A stretch of DNA of 64,000 nucleotides from Alphaproteobacteria bacterium (GTDB taxonomy: Bacteria; Pseudomonadota; Alphaproteobacteria; UBA828), in contig CBDEFM010000002.1 of assembly GCA_965237415.1 (NCBI GenBank), positions 3,168,001 to 3,232,000 on the forward strand, read 5' to 3'. The translations under genes were made by a program, and so were the position numbers. Under the pieces are notes generated by a model that was not told the origin of the DNA, did not search any database, and was given only the letters and a program-made list of their open reading frames with translations. Shown one piece after another: positions 19,307-27,187 of this stretch (its first letter is position 1; the number at the start of each line of letters is the position of its first letter).

Positions 19307-20161
19307 ATGCCGAAGACCGCACGCGCCGATACGCAGACGGCAAGCGCCGAAGACGAAATCACACAGGCGACGATCCAACGGGTCGAAGAGAGCGCCGAGG
19401 GGCGGATGCGGGATATCCTGCTCAGCCTCACCCGCCACCTGCACGGCTTCATCCGGGAGGTCGAGCCGACCGAGGAGGAGTGGCTGGCCGCCATCCGCTT
19501 CCTGACCGAAACCGGCAAGAAGTGCGACGAGCGCCGCCAGGAGTTCATCCTCTTGTCGGACACGCTCGGTGCCACGATGCTGATCGACGCGATCAACAAC
19601 CGCAAACCGGCCGGCGCGACCGAGACCAGCGTGCTCGGGCCGTTCTATCAAGAGGGGGCGCCCGCTTACGACAACGGCGCAGACCTGGCGGACGGCGTGA
19701 CCGACGGCGAGCGGGTGCTCGTCTCCGGCAAGGTGGTCGATCTCGACGGCGCGCCGGTTTCAGGTGCGGTGCTCGATATCTGGCAGACCGGGCCCAACGC
19801 CATGTACGCGGCCCAGGACCCGAACGGGTCGTTCAGCCTGTGCGGCCGTCTCGCCACCGGGGCGGACGGGCGTTACTGGTTCCACACGCGCAAGCCCGTG
19901 AGCTACACGATCCCCGGCGACGGCCCGGTCGGTGCCATGCTGGAGGCCGCCGGCCGCCACAACTGGCGCCCCGCCCATATCCATTTCATGCTCTTGGCGG
20001 CGGGGTACGAGACGCTGGTCACCCAGCTCTTCACCGACGACGACCCCTATCTCGGGTCCGATGCCGTGTTCGGCGTCAAGGACTCCCTGGTCGTCCACTA
20101 CGAGTCGAGCGATGAGGGCCTGCGCCTCGACCACGATTTCGTCATGACGGCCGCGCAATAG
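19307..20161 (+). CDS. Intradiol ring-cleavage dioxygenase (hydroxyquinol/catechol 1,2-dioxygenase-like)
   Basis: EFILLSDTLG, VLGPFY, DIWQ...Y, PVSYTIPGDGPVG, RPAHIHF (2 Tyr/2 His iron ligands). Confidence 0.92.
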   Translation: MPKTARADTQTASAEDEITQATIQRVEESAEGRMRDILLSLTRHLHGFIREVEPTEEEWLAAIRFLTETGKKCDERRQEFILLSDTLGATMLIDAINNRKPAGATETSVLGPFYQEGAPAYDNGADLADGVTDGERVLVSGKVVDLDGAPVSGAVLDIWQTGPNAMYAAQDPNGSFSLCGRLATGADGRYWFHTRKPVSYTIPGDGPVGAMLEAAGRHNWRPAHIHFMLLAAGYETLVTQLFTDDDPYLGSDAVFGVKDSLVVHYESSDEGLRLDHDFVMTAAQ

Positions 20162-20497
20162 GGAGGGCGCGCCGTCCAGGCCCTCTCGGACGAGAGGCGC
20201 CAGCACGTGGTCAATTCGGTGTCGAGCGGCCTCGGCTCGCGAGTTTTGTGACGGGCCGGCGACTCGAGGGTTTCACGTGCGTGTCAAACTGCCGCTGCAG
20301 GGTACCCGCCATCGAGATTCGTCCGGTTCTCTCTATCTAGTTGTAAAGGTGGAACTATTGTTCGTTTCCCCAGTTCCGGTGCAGGCGACGCTGGACATGC
20401 CGCCGCGGGCTGTCCAAGATGAGCGACCGTGATTAGGGCCGCCTCGCGGTGAGAAGCAACAACGCGGCGCGCGGCATCACAAGGTATGGGGAGCGCT

Positions 20498-21904
20498 ATG
20501 GGTGATCCTGTCGATGCCTTGACAACAATTTTCACCGAATCCTACTACTGGATTACGGTGGTCATGATGTTCCTGATTCACGCCGGGTTCTGCACCTACG
20601 AGGTAGGCGCATCGCGGCGCAAGAATGTTCTCCACACCCTGATGAAGAACACGATGCTGATCCCGTTGGTCACCGTCACGTTCTTCTTCTTCGGGTGGTA
20701 CGTCTATTTCGCATTTCCCAATGTTCCGTTCGCGTCCGGCGGATTCTCCGATGCGTCGTTTGCGGAGCCGTGGAACGAGTTTATGGGCGCGCACATGCAG
20801 GACCGCATCCTTGGCGTGTTCTGGGCGGCGTTCCTGCTCTTCTCATGGACCACCGCCTCGATTGTCTCGGGCGCGGTGATCGAGCGTATCAAGACCAGTG
20901 CGTTCCTCATCTTCGCGGTCCTGATCGGCTCCTTCACCTGGATCCTCGACGCAGCCTGGGGCTGGCACCCGGGCGGCTGGATGGTCCAAATCCTCGGCTA
21001 TCACGATGCTTATGCATCCGGCGTGGTGCATGCCATCGCCGGCGGCTCGGCACTCGGGATCCTGTTCGTGCTGGGGCCGCGCATTGGCAAGTTCGGGCCG
21101 AATGGGGAGGTGAACGAGATCAAGCCGCACAACCCCTGGCTGGTTACGGTCGGGCTGTTCCTGATCTTCACCGGCTTCTGGGGCTTCTATGCGGCCTGCA
21201 ACGTGCCGATCATCGATATCGGCGGCGAGGCGGGGACCTTCTTCTCGGCCACCAACATTTATCTGATGCCGACGACGCTGTCGGCGATCGTCTTCAACTT
21301 CCTGATGTCCTTCTCGGGCGGTCTGATGGCGGCTTACATCGTCACCAGGGGCGATCCGTTCTGGACCTATTCAGGCGGCCTCGGCGGCATCATTGCGGCC
21401 TCGGCCGGCAACGATCTCTATCACCCGTTGCAGGCGCTCTTCATCGCTGCGGTCGGCGTGGTGTTCATGATCTACATGCACCGCTGGGTCGAGCGGCGGT
21501 TCAAGATCGACGATGCGGTCGGCGCGGTCGCCGTGCACGGTTACGCTGGGTTCTTCGGCGTCATCGTGTGTGGCTTCGTGCTTTGGGGCTATCCGGCCGG
21601 GAGCCCGATGTTTGGCGACTACTCCGCGCGCGAGGCGTCGATCGCGCTGTTCGAAACCCCGGAAGGCCTGCCGCAGATCAATCCGGTGGGTCAGATTCTC
21701 GGGGCCATTATCATGTTCTGGGTGCTGGGTTTCCTGCCCTGCTACGTGCTCGCCCGGGTCCTGCAATACTTCAACATGCTGCGGGTGCCGCGCGAGGTCG
21801 AGCTGGCGGGTCTGGATACGCATCAACTCGGCGATGCGTATCCCTACCATGCACACCAGGAAACGGCGTTCGAGAAGATCGAGCGTACCTACGCCAAGGA
21901 ATAG
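20498..21904 (+). CDS. Divergent Amt/MEP-family channel (ammonium or methylamine transporter-like)
   Basis: IVSGAVIER, GVVH, LGPRIGKF, KPHN, IDDAVGAVAVHG and ELAGLD Amt motifs; about 11 TM helices. Confidence 0.9.
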   Translation: MGDPVDALTTIFTESYYWITVVMMFLIHAGFCTYEVGASRRKNVLHTLMKNTMLIPLVTVTFFFFGWYVYFAFPNVPFASGGFSDASFAEPWNEFMGAHMQDRILGVFWAAFLLFSWTTASIVSGAVIERIKTSAFLIFAVLIGSFTWILDAAWGWHPGGWMVQILGYHDAYASGVVHAIAGGSALGILFVLGPRIGKFGPNGEVNEIKPHNPWLVTVGLFLIFTGFWGFYAACNVPIIDIGGEAGTFFSATNIYLMPTTLSAIVFNFLMSFSGGLMAAYIVTRGDPFWTYSGGLGGIIAASAGNDLYHPLQALFIAAVGVVFMIYMHRWVERRFKIDDAVGAVAVHGYAGFFGVIVCGFVLWGYPAGSPMFGDYSAREASIALFETPEGLPQINPVGQILGAIIMFWVLGFLPCYVLARVLQYFNMLRVPREVELAGLDTHQLGDAYPYHAHQETAFEKIERTYAKE

Positions 21905-21913
21905 GAGGCGAAG

Positions 21914-22168
21914 ATGGCTTCGACCGGCTTGGACTCCTTTACCAATCCCGCCGAAATCGGCGCTATGTACCCTGGTGTGGGCGTCGAAACGGCGATGGTC
22001 GGGATTCTCGTGGCCCTCTGGTTAGGCTGGCACATCATCCAGATAAGCCAGGAGGAAACCGAGTATCGCGAGGCGGTGAAGCTTTACCGCGAGGTCGGCA
22101 TGGAGCGTGCTATGCACCATGCGGCCGGTGCGATCGCGACGGCGGACGAGGTGCAGATCAAGAGCTGA
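21914..22168 (+). CDS. Small single-TM protein co-transcribed with the Amt-like channel
   Basis: AGGAGG SD overlapping the amt stop; GAMYP..E..MV...LWLGWHIIQI; terminator follows. Confidence 0.8.
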   Translation: MASTGLDSFTNPAEIGAMYPGVGVETAMVGILVALWLGWHIIQISQEETEYREAVKLYREVGMERAMHHAAGAIATADEVQIKS

Positions 22169-22193
22169 TCTCTCATCTCCGTCGACACAACAC

Positions 22194-22226
22194 GGGGCGG
22201 GCCTTCGGGTCCGCCCCTTTCTTTTC
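22194..22226 (+). terminator. Rho-independent terminator
   Basis: GGGGCGGGCC-TTCG-GGTCCGCCCC followed by TTTCTTTT. Confidence 0.92.
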
Positions 22227-22228
22227 GG

Positions 22229-23089
22229 CTATTGGGCGCCGGTGCCTTCCGTCAGCGCCTGCCGTGCGTCGGCAATGACGGCGCGGAATTGCTCGAGCGG
22301 TAGCGCGCCGCCAATCAACTGATCGCCGATGACGAAGGCCGGTGTCCCGCCGATGCCGAGGACGTTGGCGAGCACGGCGTTCCGCTCGATCAACGCATCC
22401 AGGGCGGGCTCCTCCATGTCGCGCGCGAGGCGCGCGTCATCGAGGCCGACGGAACGGGCGACCGCGAGGATATGGTCGAGGTCGAACGGGCCATCGGCCT
22501 CCATCAACGCCCAGTGAAACGCCTCATAGTTACCCTGGTTTCGCGCCGCCAGCGCCGCGTGCGCCGCCACCGTCGATTCCGGCCCCAGAATCGGGAACTC
22601 CTTGTAGACGAGGCGCAGATCGTCGTTCTCCGCCAGCAGGGTCTCCAGGGTCGGCCTGACGCGCCGGCAGTAGCCGCAGCGATAGTCGAAGAACTCGACC
22701 AGCGTGACCGCACCGTCGGGATTACCCGCGACCGGCGCCTCCGGGTCGAAGAAGATTTCGTCGCGGTAGCGCTGAATGGCCTCTTTCGCCTGTTCGGCCT
22801 CCCGCGCGGCCCGCTTGGCCTGCAGCGCTTGCTGGGCCTCGATCAGCACCTCAGGGTGCTCGATCAAGTACTCGCGGATGATCTGCCGGATGGCGTCTAC
22901 CGGCAGGTCACCGGCCGATACCGCGGGTGCCCCGGCGCCATCGGCGACAGTCTTGGCGGCGGTGCCGGGATCGCACGCGCCGTCTTCCGCGCTCTCTGTA
23001 TCGCAGACGACCTCCGCCTGTCCCGGCTTGGCGGCGGTGAGGGCAAGGGCGAGCGCGAGCCCCGTTGCGGCAAGGGTGCGGGCGAGCAT
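22229..23089 (-). CDS. DsbA-family thiol-disulfide oxidoreductase (ScsC/Com1-like)
   Basis: EFFDYRCGYC, KEFPILG and GTPAF motifs; IREYLIEHPEVL helix; signal peptide; AAGGAG SD. Confidence 0.9.
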   Translation of the reverse strand: MLARTLAATGLALALALTAAKPGQAEVVCDTESAEDGACDPGTAAKTVADGAGAPAVSAGDLPVDAIRQIIREYLIEHPEVLIEAQQALQAKRAAREAEQAKEAIQRYRDEIFFDPEAPVAGNPDGAVTLVEFFDYRCGYCRRVRPTLETLLAENDDLRLVYKEFPILGPESTVAAHAALAARNQGNYEAFHWALMEADGPFDLDHILAVARSVGLDDARLARDMEEPALDALIERNAVLANVLGIGGTPAFVIGDQLIGGALPLEQFRAVIADARQALTEGTGAQ

Positions 23090-23157
23090 TGTGTGGCTCC
23101 TTGGCATGAAGGGGACGGAGAGTACCTGCACGGCGCCCCCGTCGCCAGCCCGCGCAA

Positions 23158-23199
23158 GACGCCGCGCAGACCGTGGCATTGGTGAGAAATCCGGGCTAA
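23158..23199 (-). repeat. Dispersed repeat copy 3 (supplies the TAG stop of the EamA gene)
   Basis: Reverse complement TTAGCCCGGATTTCTCACCAATGCCACGGTCTGCGCGGCGTC; 33/42 identical to 6411-6452. Confidence 0.75.
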
Positions 23200-24071
23200 A
23201 GGCGCACGGTGCGGCGGACGCGGAAGCGGAGCATTGCCAGAACGAGGCCGATGAGGACGAGCCCCACGCCCGCAAGCCGTTGCGGCCCCAGGCTCTCGTC
23301 GAGCAGCAACGCGGTGCTGATGAGACCCGAAATGGGAATGACGAGCGAGAAGGGCGTCACCAGGTAGGCCGGATAGCGGCGCAGCAGGTAGCTCCACAGC
23401 ACGAAGCCGAAGCAGGTGGCAATCAGCCCGAGGAAGAAGAGCTCGCCGATGGTCACCCAGCTGATGGCGGCGAGCGCGGTGAAGGCAGCCGGTCCCCCTT
23501 CGAAGACATAGGAGAGCGCGAGCAGCGGCAGCACGCCGATCAGGTGCGCCCACGCGATCAGGCGAAGCAGATCGTCGGTGCCGGCGAGCTTGATGATCAT
23601 GTTGGAGCAGGCCCAGCTCACCGCGGCGACGATCACGAAGCCGAGGCCCACGAGGGTCGGCCCGCCCGGGAGGGTAAGGCCGATGATCCCAATGCCCGCA
23701 CCGGAGACGGCAATTCCCAAATATTGGGCGCGCCCCGGCCTCTCGCCCAGGATTGCGAAGGCGAAGATCGTGGTGAAGAAGACCTGGGACTGGAGCAGCA
23801 GGGAACTGAGCCCTGCCGGCATGCCGAACTCCATGCCGAAGAGCAGCAACGACATCTGGATCGTGCCCTGGGTCAGGCCGAGGCCCAGGGTCCAGTACCA
23901 GGCGATCGCCGGCGGGCGGAAGAGAACCAGCACGGGCAGTGCGGCGGTGGCGACGCGGAGCCCGGCCACCATCAGGGGCGGCAGGGCGTCGAGCAGCTCC
24001 CGCATGACCACGAAGGAGAAGCCCCACAGTACGGTCACGGCGAGAGCGAGCGCGATGTGGGCGATGGACAT
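23196..24071 (-). CDS. EamA/DMT transporter (O-acetylserine/cysteine exporter-like)
   Basis: 10 TM helices; LWGFSFVV, GMPAGLSSLLLQSQVFFT, LLRRYPA..VTPFSL. Confidence 0.88.
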   Translation of the reverse strand: MSIAHIALALAVTVLWGFSFVVMRELLDALPPLMVAGLRVATAALPVLVLFRPPAIAWYWTLGLGLTQGTIQMSLLLFGMEFGMPAGLSSLLLQSQVFFTTIFAFAILGERPGRAQYLGIAVSGAGIGIIGLTLPGGPTLVGLGFVIVAAVSWACSNMIIKLAGTDDLLRLIAWAHLIGVLPLLALSYVFEGGPAAFTALAAISWVTIGELFFLGLIATCFGFVLWSYLLRRYPAYLVTPFSLVIPISGLISTALLLDESLGPQRLAGVGLVLIGLVLAMLRFRVRRTVRL

Positions 24072-24128
24072 GGGGCAACTGCGTCGCGGCAGGGCCGGGA
24101 GCGGTGTCGCGTCCGCTCCTAGCGGCGG

Positions 24129-25124
24129 CTAGCCCGGCGCGGCCTCCGCCGGTTCCGGACGCTTGCGGCGGCGCAGGATGACGAAGAAGACGCCGAGCAT
24201 GAGGCAGACGAGCGCGAGCCAGACCCAGTGACTGTGGCTCTCGCCGAAGAACAAGATGCCCCAGCCGATGCCCGCAAGGGCGACGATGAAGTTCACCGTC
24301 GAGAAGAAGACCGGCCCCAGGAAGCGGATCAGCTCGACGAAAAGGTAGATGCCGAGGGCCTGGACGAAGAAGGCGGTGATCAGCGCCCAGTCGGCGGGCT
24401 CCATCCTGCCCTCGAACCACCACCATCCGTCAGTCGCCGCCACCACGGCGAGGATCGGGAGCGAACCGAAGAAGAAGTAGCCAAACGCGAAGTGGAGCGA
24501 TTCGGTCGCTGGCGGGCGCATCAGTGCAGTGGCGAGGCTGGTCGTCGCGTAGCCGATCGGCAGCAAGAGCGCCAGCAGAATCCAGGGCACCAGCTCCCGC
24601 GAGGGCAGGCTGGTCTCGGGCACGACGAGCAGCGCGACCCCGACGATGCCAACGCCGAAGCCGAGGACCCGTGGCCACCAGATTCTCTCGAGCCTGAACG
24701 CGACGGCGCCTGCGTAGGTCAGGATGGGCGCCAGAACCACGAGCATGCTGATGATGCCGGCGGGCACGCCCTCGCCGCTGACGTAGCCTACGGTCAGGTA
24801 CGGCACTCCATAGCCCGAGACGCCGGCGACCGCGTAGGAGCTCACATGTCTGAGCGTTAGCGGCGGCGCTCGCCCTTGGCTGAGCGAGAGCAGCAGGGCC
24901 ACTGCGGCCCCGCCCATGCCCATCAACAAGACGAAGCTGGTGAGGGGGATGCCACCCGCGATTCCGACGCCGGTGAGGGAATAGCTCAGCCCGTAGAGAA
25001 CGCCGGTGAGGAAGAGCAGCGCGACCGCGATCCAGAACCCGGCCGGCCGCGCGGCCCAGCGCCGGGCACGGCCCGAGCGAATGGCGGAGAAGTCGCTAGA
25101 GAACCGGGGGTCCTGGTGTGCCAA
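24129..25124 (-). CDS. DMT-family transporter
   Basis: About 10 TM helices with EamA repeat pattern; GPVFFSTVNF, WGILFFGE; start approximate. Confidence 0.8.
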   Translation of the reverse strand: MAHQDPRFSSDFSAIRSGRARRWAARPAGFWIAVALLFLTGVLYGLSYSLTGVGIAGGIPLTSFVLLMGMGGAAVALLLSLSQGRAPPLTLRHVSSYAVAGVSGYGVPYLTVGYVSGEGVPAGIISMLVVLAPILTYAGAVAFRLERIWWPRVLGFGVGIVGVALLVVPETSLPSRELVPWILLALLLPIGYATTSLATALMRPPATESLHFAFGYFFFGSLPILAVVAATDGWWWFEGRMEPADWALITAFFVQALGIYLFVELIRFLGPVFFSTVNFIVALAGIGWGILFFGESHSHWVWLALVCLMLGVFFVILRRRKRPEPAEAAPG

Positions 25125-25163
25125 AGGATGCGGGCCCGACGGCCGTCGGCACCGCCAAGGGCC

Positions 25164-25436
25164 TTAGGCCGCGTCGTTGCTCCCGGCGCGGGACTTCTCC
25201 CGCCACCGCATCGCCGGCCTGATCGCCATCTTGAAGATCCCGCCCACCAAAACGAAGATCGTGACGTAGATGAAGAGAATCCCGACGACCCCGTATCCAT
25301 CTTCGGCCGGTAGCAGCGGCGCCATGAAGATACTCGTAATGACGCAGAAGAGCAGCGCCGCCACCAGCGACGGCCCTTCGCCGGAGCGCCAGAGCTGGCG
25401 CAGTCCGCGCATTCGCTGGTCGTTCAAGATAGCCAC
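25164..25436 (-). CDS. Hypothetical small two-TM membrane protein
   Basis: 90 aa with two hydrophobic helices and a basic C-terminus; fills the gap between co-oriented genes. Confidence 0.55.
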   Translation of the reverse strand: MAILNDQRMRGLRQLWRSGEGPSLVAALLFCVITSIFMAPLLPAEDGYGVVGILFIYVTIFVLVGGIFKMAIRPAMRWREKSRAGSNDAA

Positions 25437-25558
25437 GGCCGTTCCCCGTCAGTTGTCGCCCGGCATGTTAGCCGAAGCCGGCCGCTGGGCAAGCCCCTCC
25501 TGCCTCCGGCCTGGTGCCCATGCGCGAATTTCGTGGCGCATGAACCGGTGAAACACTG

Positions 25559-26614
25559 TTACGCAGGTAGGCGCGCAGCCGCTGCCTGTTCCAGGAGCCC
25601 GCTCCGAGCTGCGAGCTCCATCGCCCGGGGGATCTCCACGGTAATCGGCCCGTCAGGCTCCAGCACCACCGCCACCCGGTCCTCGGGCCCGAAGGCGATT
25701 TCACGCTCGCCGTCGAGCGCCACCACGCCGCGTGGGAGCCGGATTGGGTGCGCCACGCCGGCTTCCAGGTCGAACACCCGTTCGATCCCGATATCCGCCA
25801 TCAGCCCCGGCGCCAGCGGTGCCGAAACCGTCCGCGCCGCCTCCGGTACCGCGCTCAGATCTAGGGCGACGCCGGTCGGCGCATCGCGCGAGACCGGGCG
25901 CACGAGGCCGGCGATCGAGGAAAGGCCGATGGCATCGGCCTCGGCGAAGGTCACGAACAGCTGGTCGAGCGCGTCGGCCCGCCAGAGCGCCTTCGCGCCG
26001 GTCCACGCCGCGCCGCTGACGCAAACATCGACGAGCGCAATGTCCCGCGGTGCGTCGTTGACCGTCACCCGGAGCACCTTGTTGCGGCGGGACGCCTCGT
26101 CACGCGATAGCGCGCCGGTCGCCACTAGCCCGGCCGCGAGGCCTGCGATGGTCGCTTCGCGCATTATGGGGAAGACGTTGTTGGTGCCCGTGGAGAGCGA
26201 GGTTAGGGGCACGCCGTCGCTGGCCTGGGCGACCAGCCGGTTGGTGCCGTCGCCGCCGAGCACCATGATCCCGCCCACGCCCTGCTCCACCATGCGGGCG
26301 GTGGCTTCGAGCGTGTCGGCGGGCGAACCCTCGATCGGCATGTCGAGAAACTTCACCTCGGGCCAGACCTGGCCCTCGGGCGGGCCGAGCTCGATTGCCC
26401 GCTTCACCCGGGCGGCGATGCCGCTCTCGTCGGGGATCAAGTAGCAGGTGCCGACGCCGACCGCGCCGAGGGCCGAGAAGATGCGCGTGATCATGTTGCG
26501 CTTCTCGGCGATCGGGAACACCGATGCCTGGGCGACGAGGCGCCTGATGTCGCGGCCGGCAGCGGGGTTGGCGATGATGCCGATCGACGAGCCGGTTGGG
26601 ATTTCTCTTGCCAT
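25559..26614 (-). CDS. ATP-NAD/AcoX kinase family protein
   Basis: GIIANPAAGRDIRRLVA, VLGGDGTNR, STGTNNVFP and ALDGEREI motifs; GGAGGAG SD. Confidence 0.88.
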   Translation of the reverse strand: MAREIPTGSSIGIIANPAAGRDIRRLVAQASVFPIAEKRNMITRIFSALGAVGVGTCYLIPDESGIAARVKRAIELGPPEGQVWPEVKFLDMPIEGSPADTLEATARMVEQGVGGIMVLGGDGTNRLVAQASDGVPLTSLSTGTNNVFPIMREATIAGLAAGLVATGALSRDEASRRNKVLRVTVNDAPRDIALVDVCVSGAAWTGAKALWRADALDQLFVTFAEADAIGLSSIAGLVRPVSRDAPTGVALDLSAVPEAARTVSAPLAPGLMADIGIERVFDLEAGVAHPIRLPRGVVALDGEREIAFGPEDRVAVVLEPDGPITVEIPRAMELAARSGLLEQAAAARLPA

Positions 26615-26773
26615 ATCTCCTCCGCGAGGGCTTATAGCCCGGCCAGCGGCGTGGCGCCATGCGTCTCTCGCTATTGCCCGATCTTGTGACCCGTGCATCC
26701 GCTTCGTGTAGAAACGGCAGGCGGCAAGCCATGCAGGGTTCGCCGCGCAACGCACGACAGAGGAAGAAGCGTC

Positions 26774-27187
26774 GTGACCCAGCAAGGCCCGGCGAATTTG
26801 CGCGTCTACGGCGTGCTGCTGCGCGGCGGCCGGGTGCTGATTGCGGCGGAGGAGGTCGGGGGACGCGACGTGCTGAAGCTCCCCGGCGGCGCGGTCGAGG
26901 CCGACGAGACGCCGGAGCAGGCGCTCAAGCGCGAGTTCATGGAGGAGGGGAGCCTGAGTATCGAGCCGACCCGTCTGCTCCACGCGCCGGGAACCCTCTA
27001 CAGTCACTGGATTCACGGGCTGTACACGCCCATGTTCTACGCGGTTCAGGGGGGCGGAGAGCCGATAACGCCACCGGACGAGCCGGTCGAGCTGCTCTTC
27101 ATGAAGCCTGAGCAAGCGGTTGCAAGCGGGCGCATGGCCCAGCCGGAAATCGTGGCCCTGGACCGCGCGCTGACAGCCGCTCGATGA
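26774..27187 (+). CDS. NUDIX hydrolase
   Basis: Nudix box PGGAVEADETPEQALKREFMEEG; RVYGVL N-terminus. Confidence 0.88.
   Translation: MTQQGPANLRVYGVLLRGGRVLIAAEEVGGRDVLKLPGGAVEADETPEQALKREFMEEGSLSIEPTRLLHAPGTLYSHWIHGLYTPMFYAVQGGGEPITPPDEPVELLFMKPEQAVASGRMAQPEIVALDRALTAAR

Noticed and set aside
20180-20205. CGGACGAG motif resembling a guanidine riboswitch upstream of amt (also at about 22143)
   Set aside because: The other conserved elements and paired ACGR hairpins are missing, and the second instance is inside a coding region.
24129-24140. Additional CTAGCCCGG hits (24129, about 26125) as copies of the dispersed repeat
   Set aside because: The match stops after 9 nt and lies in coding sequence.
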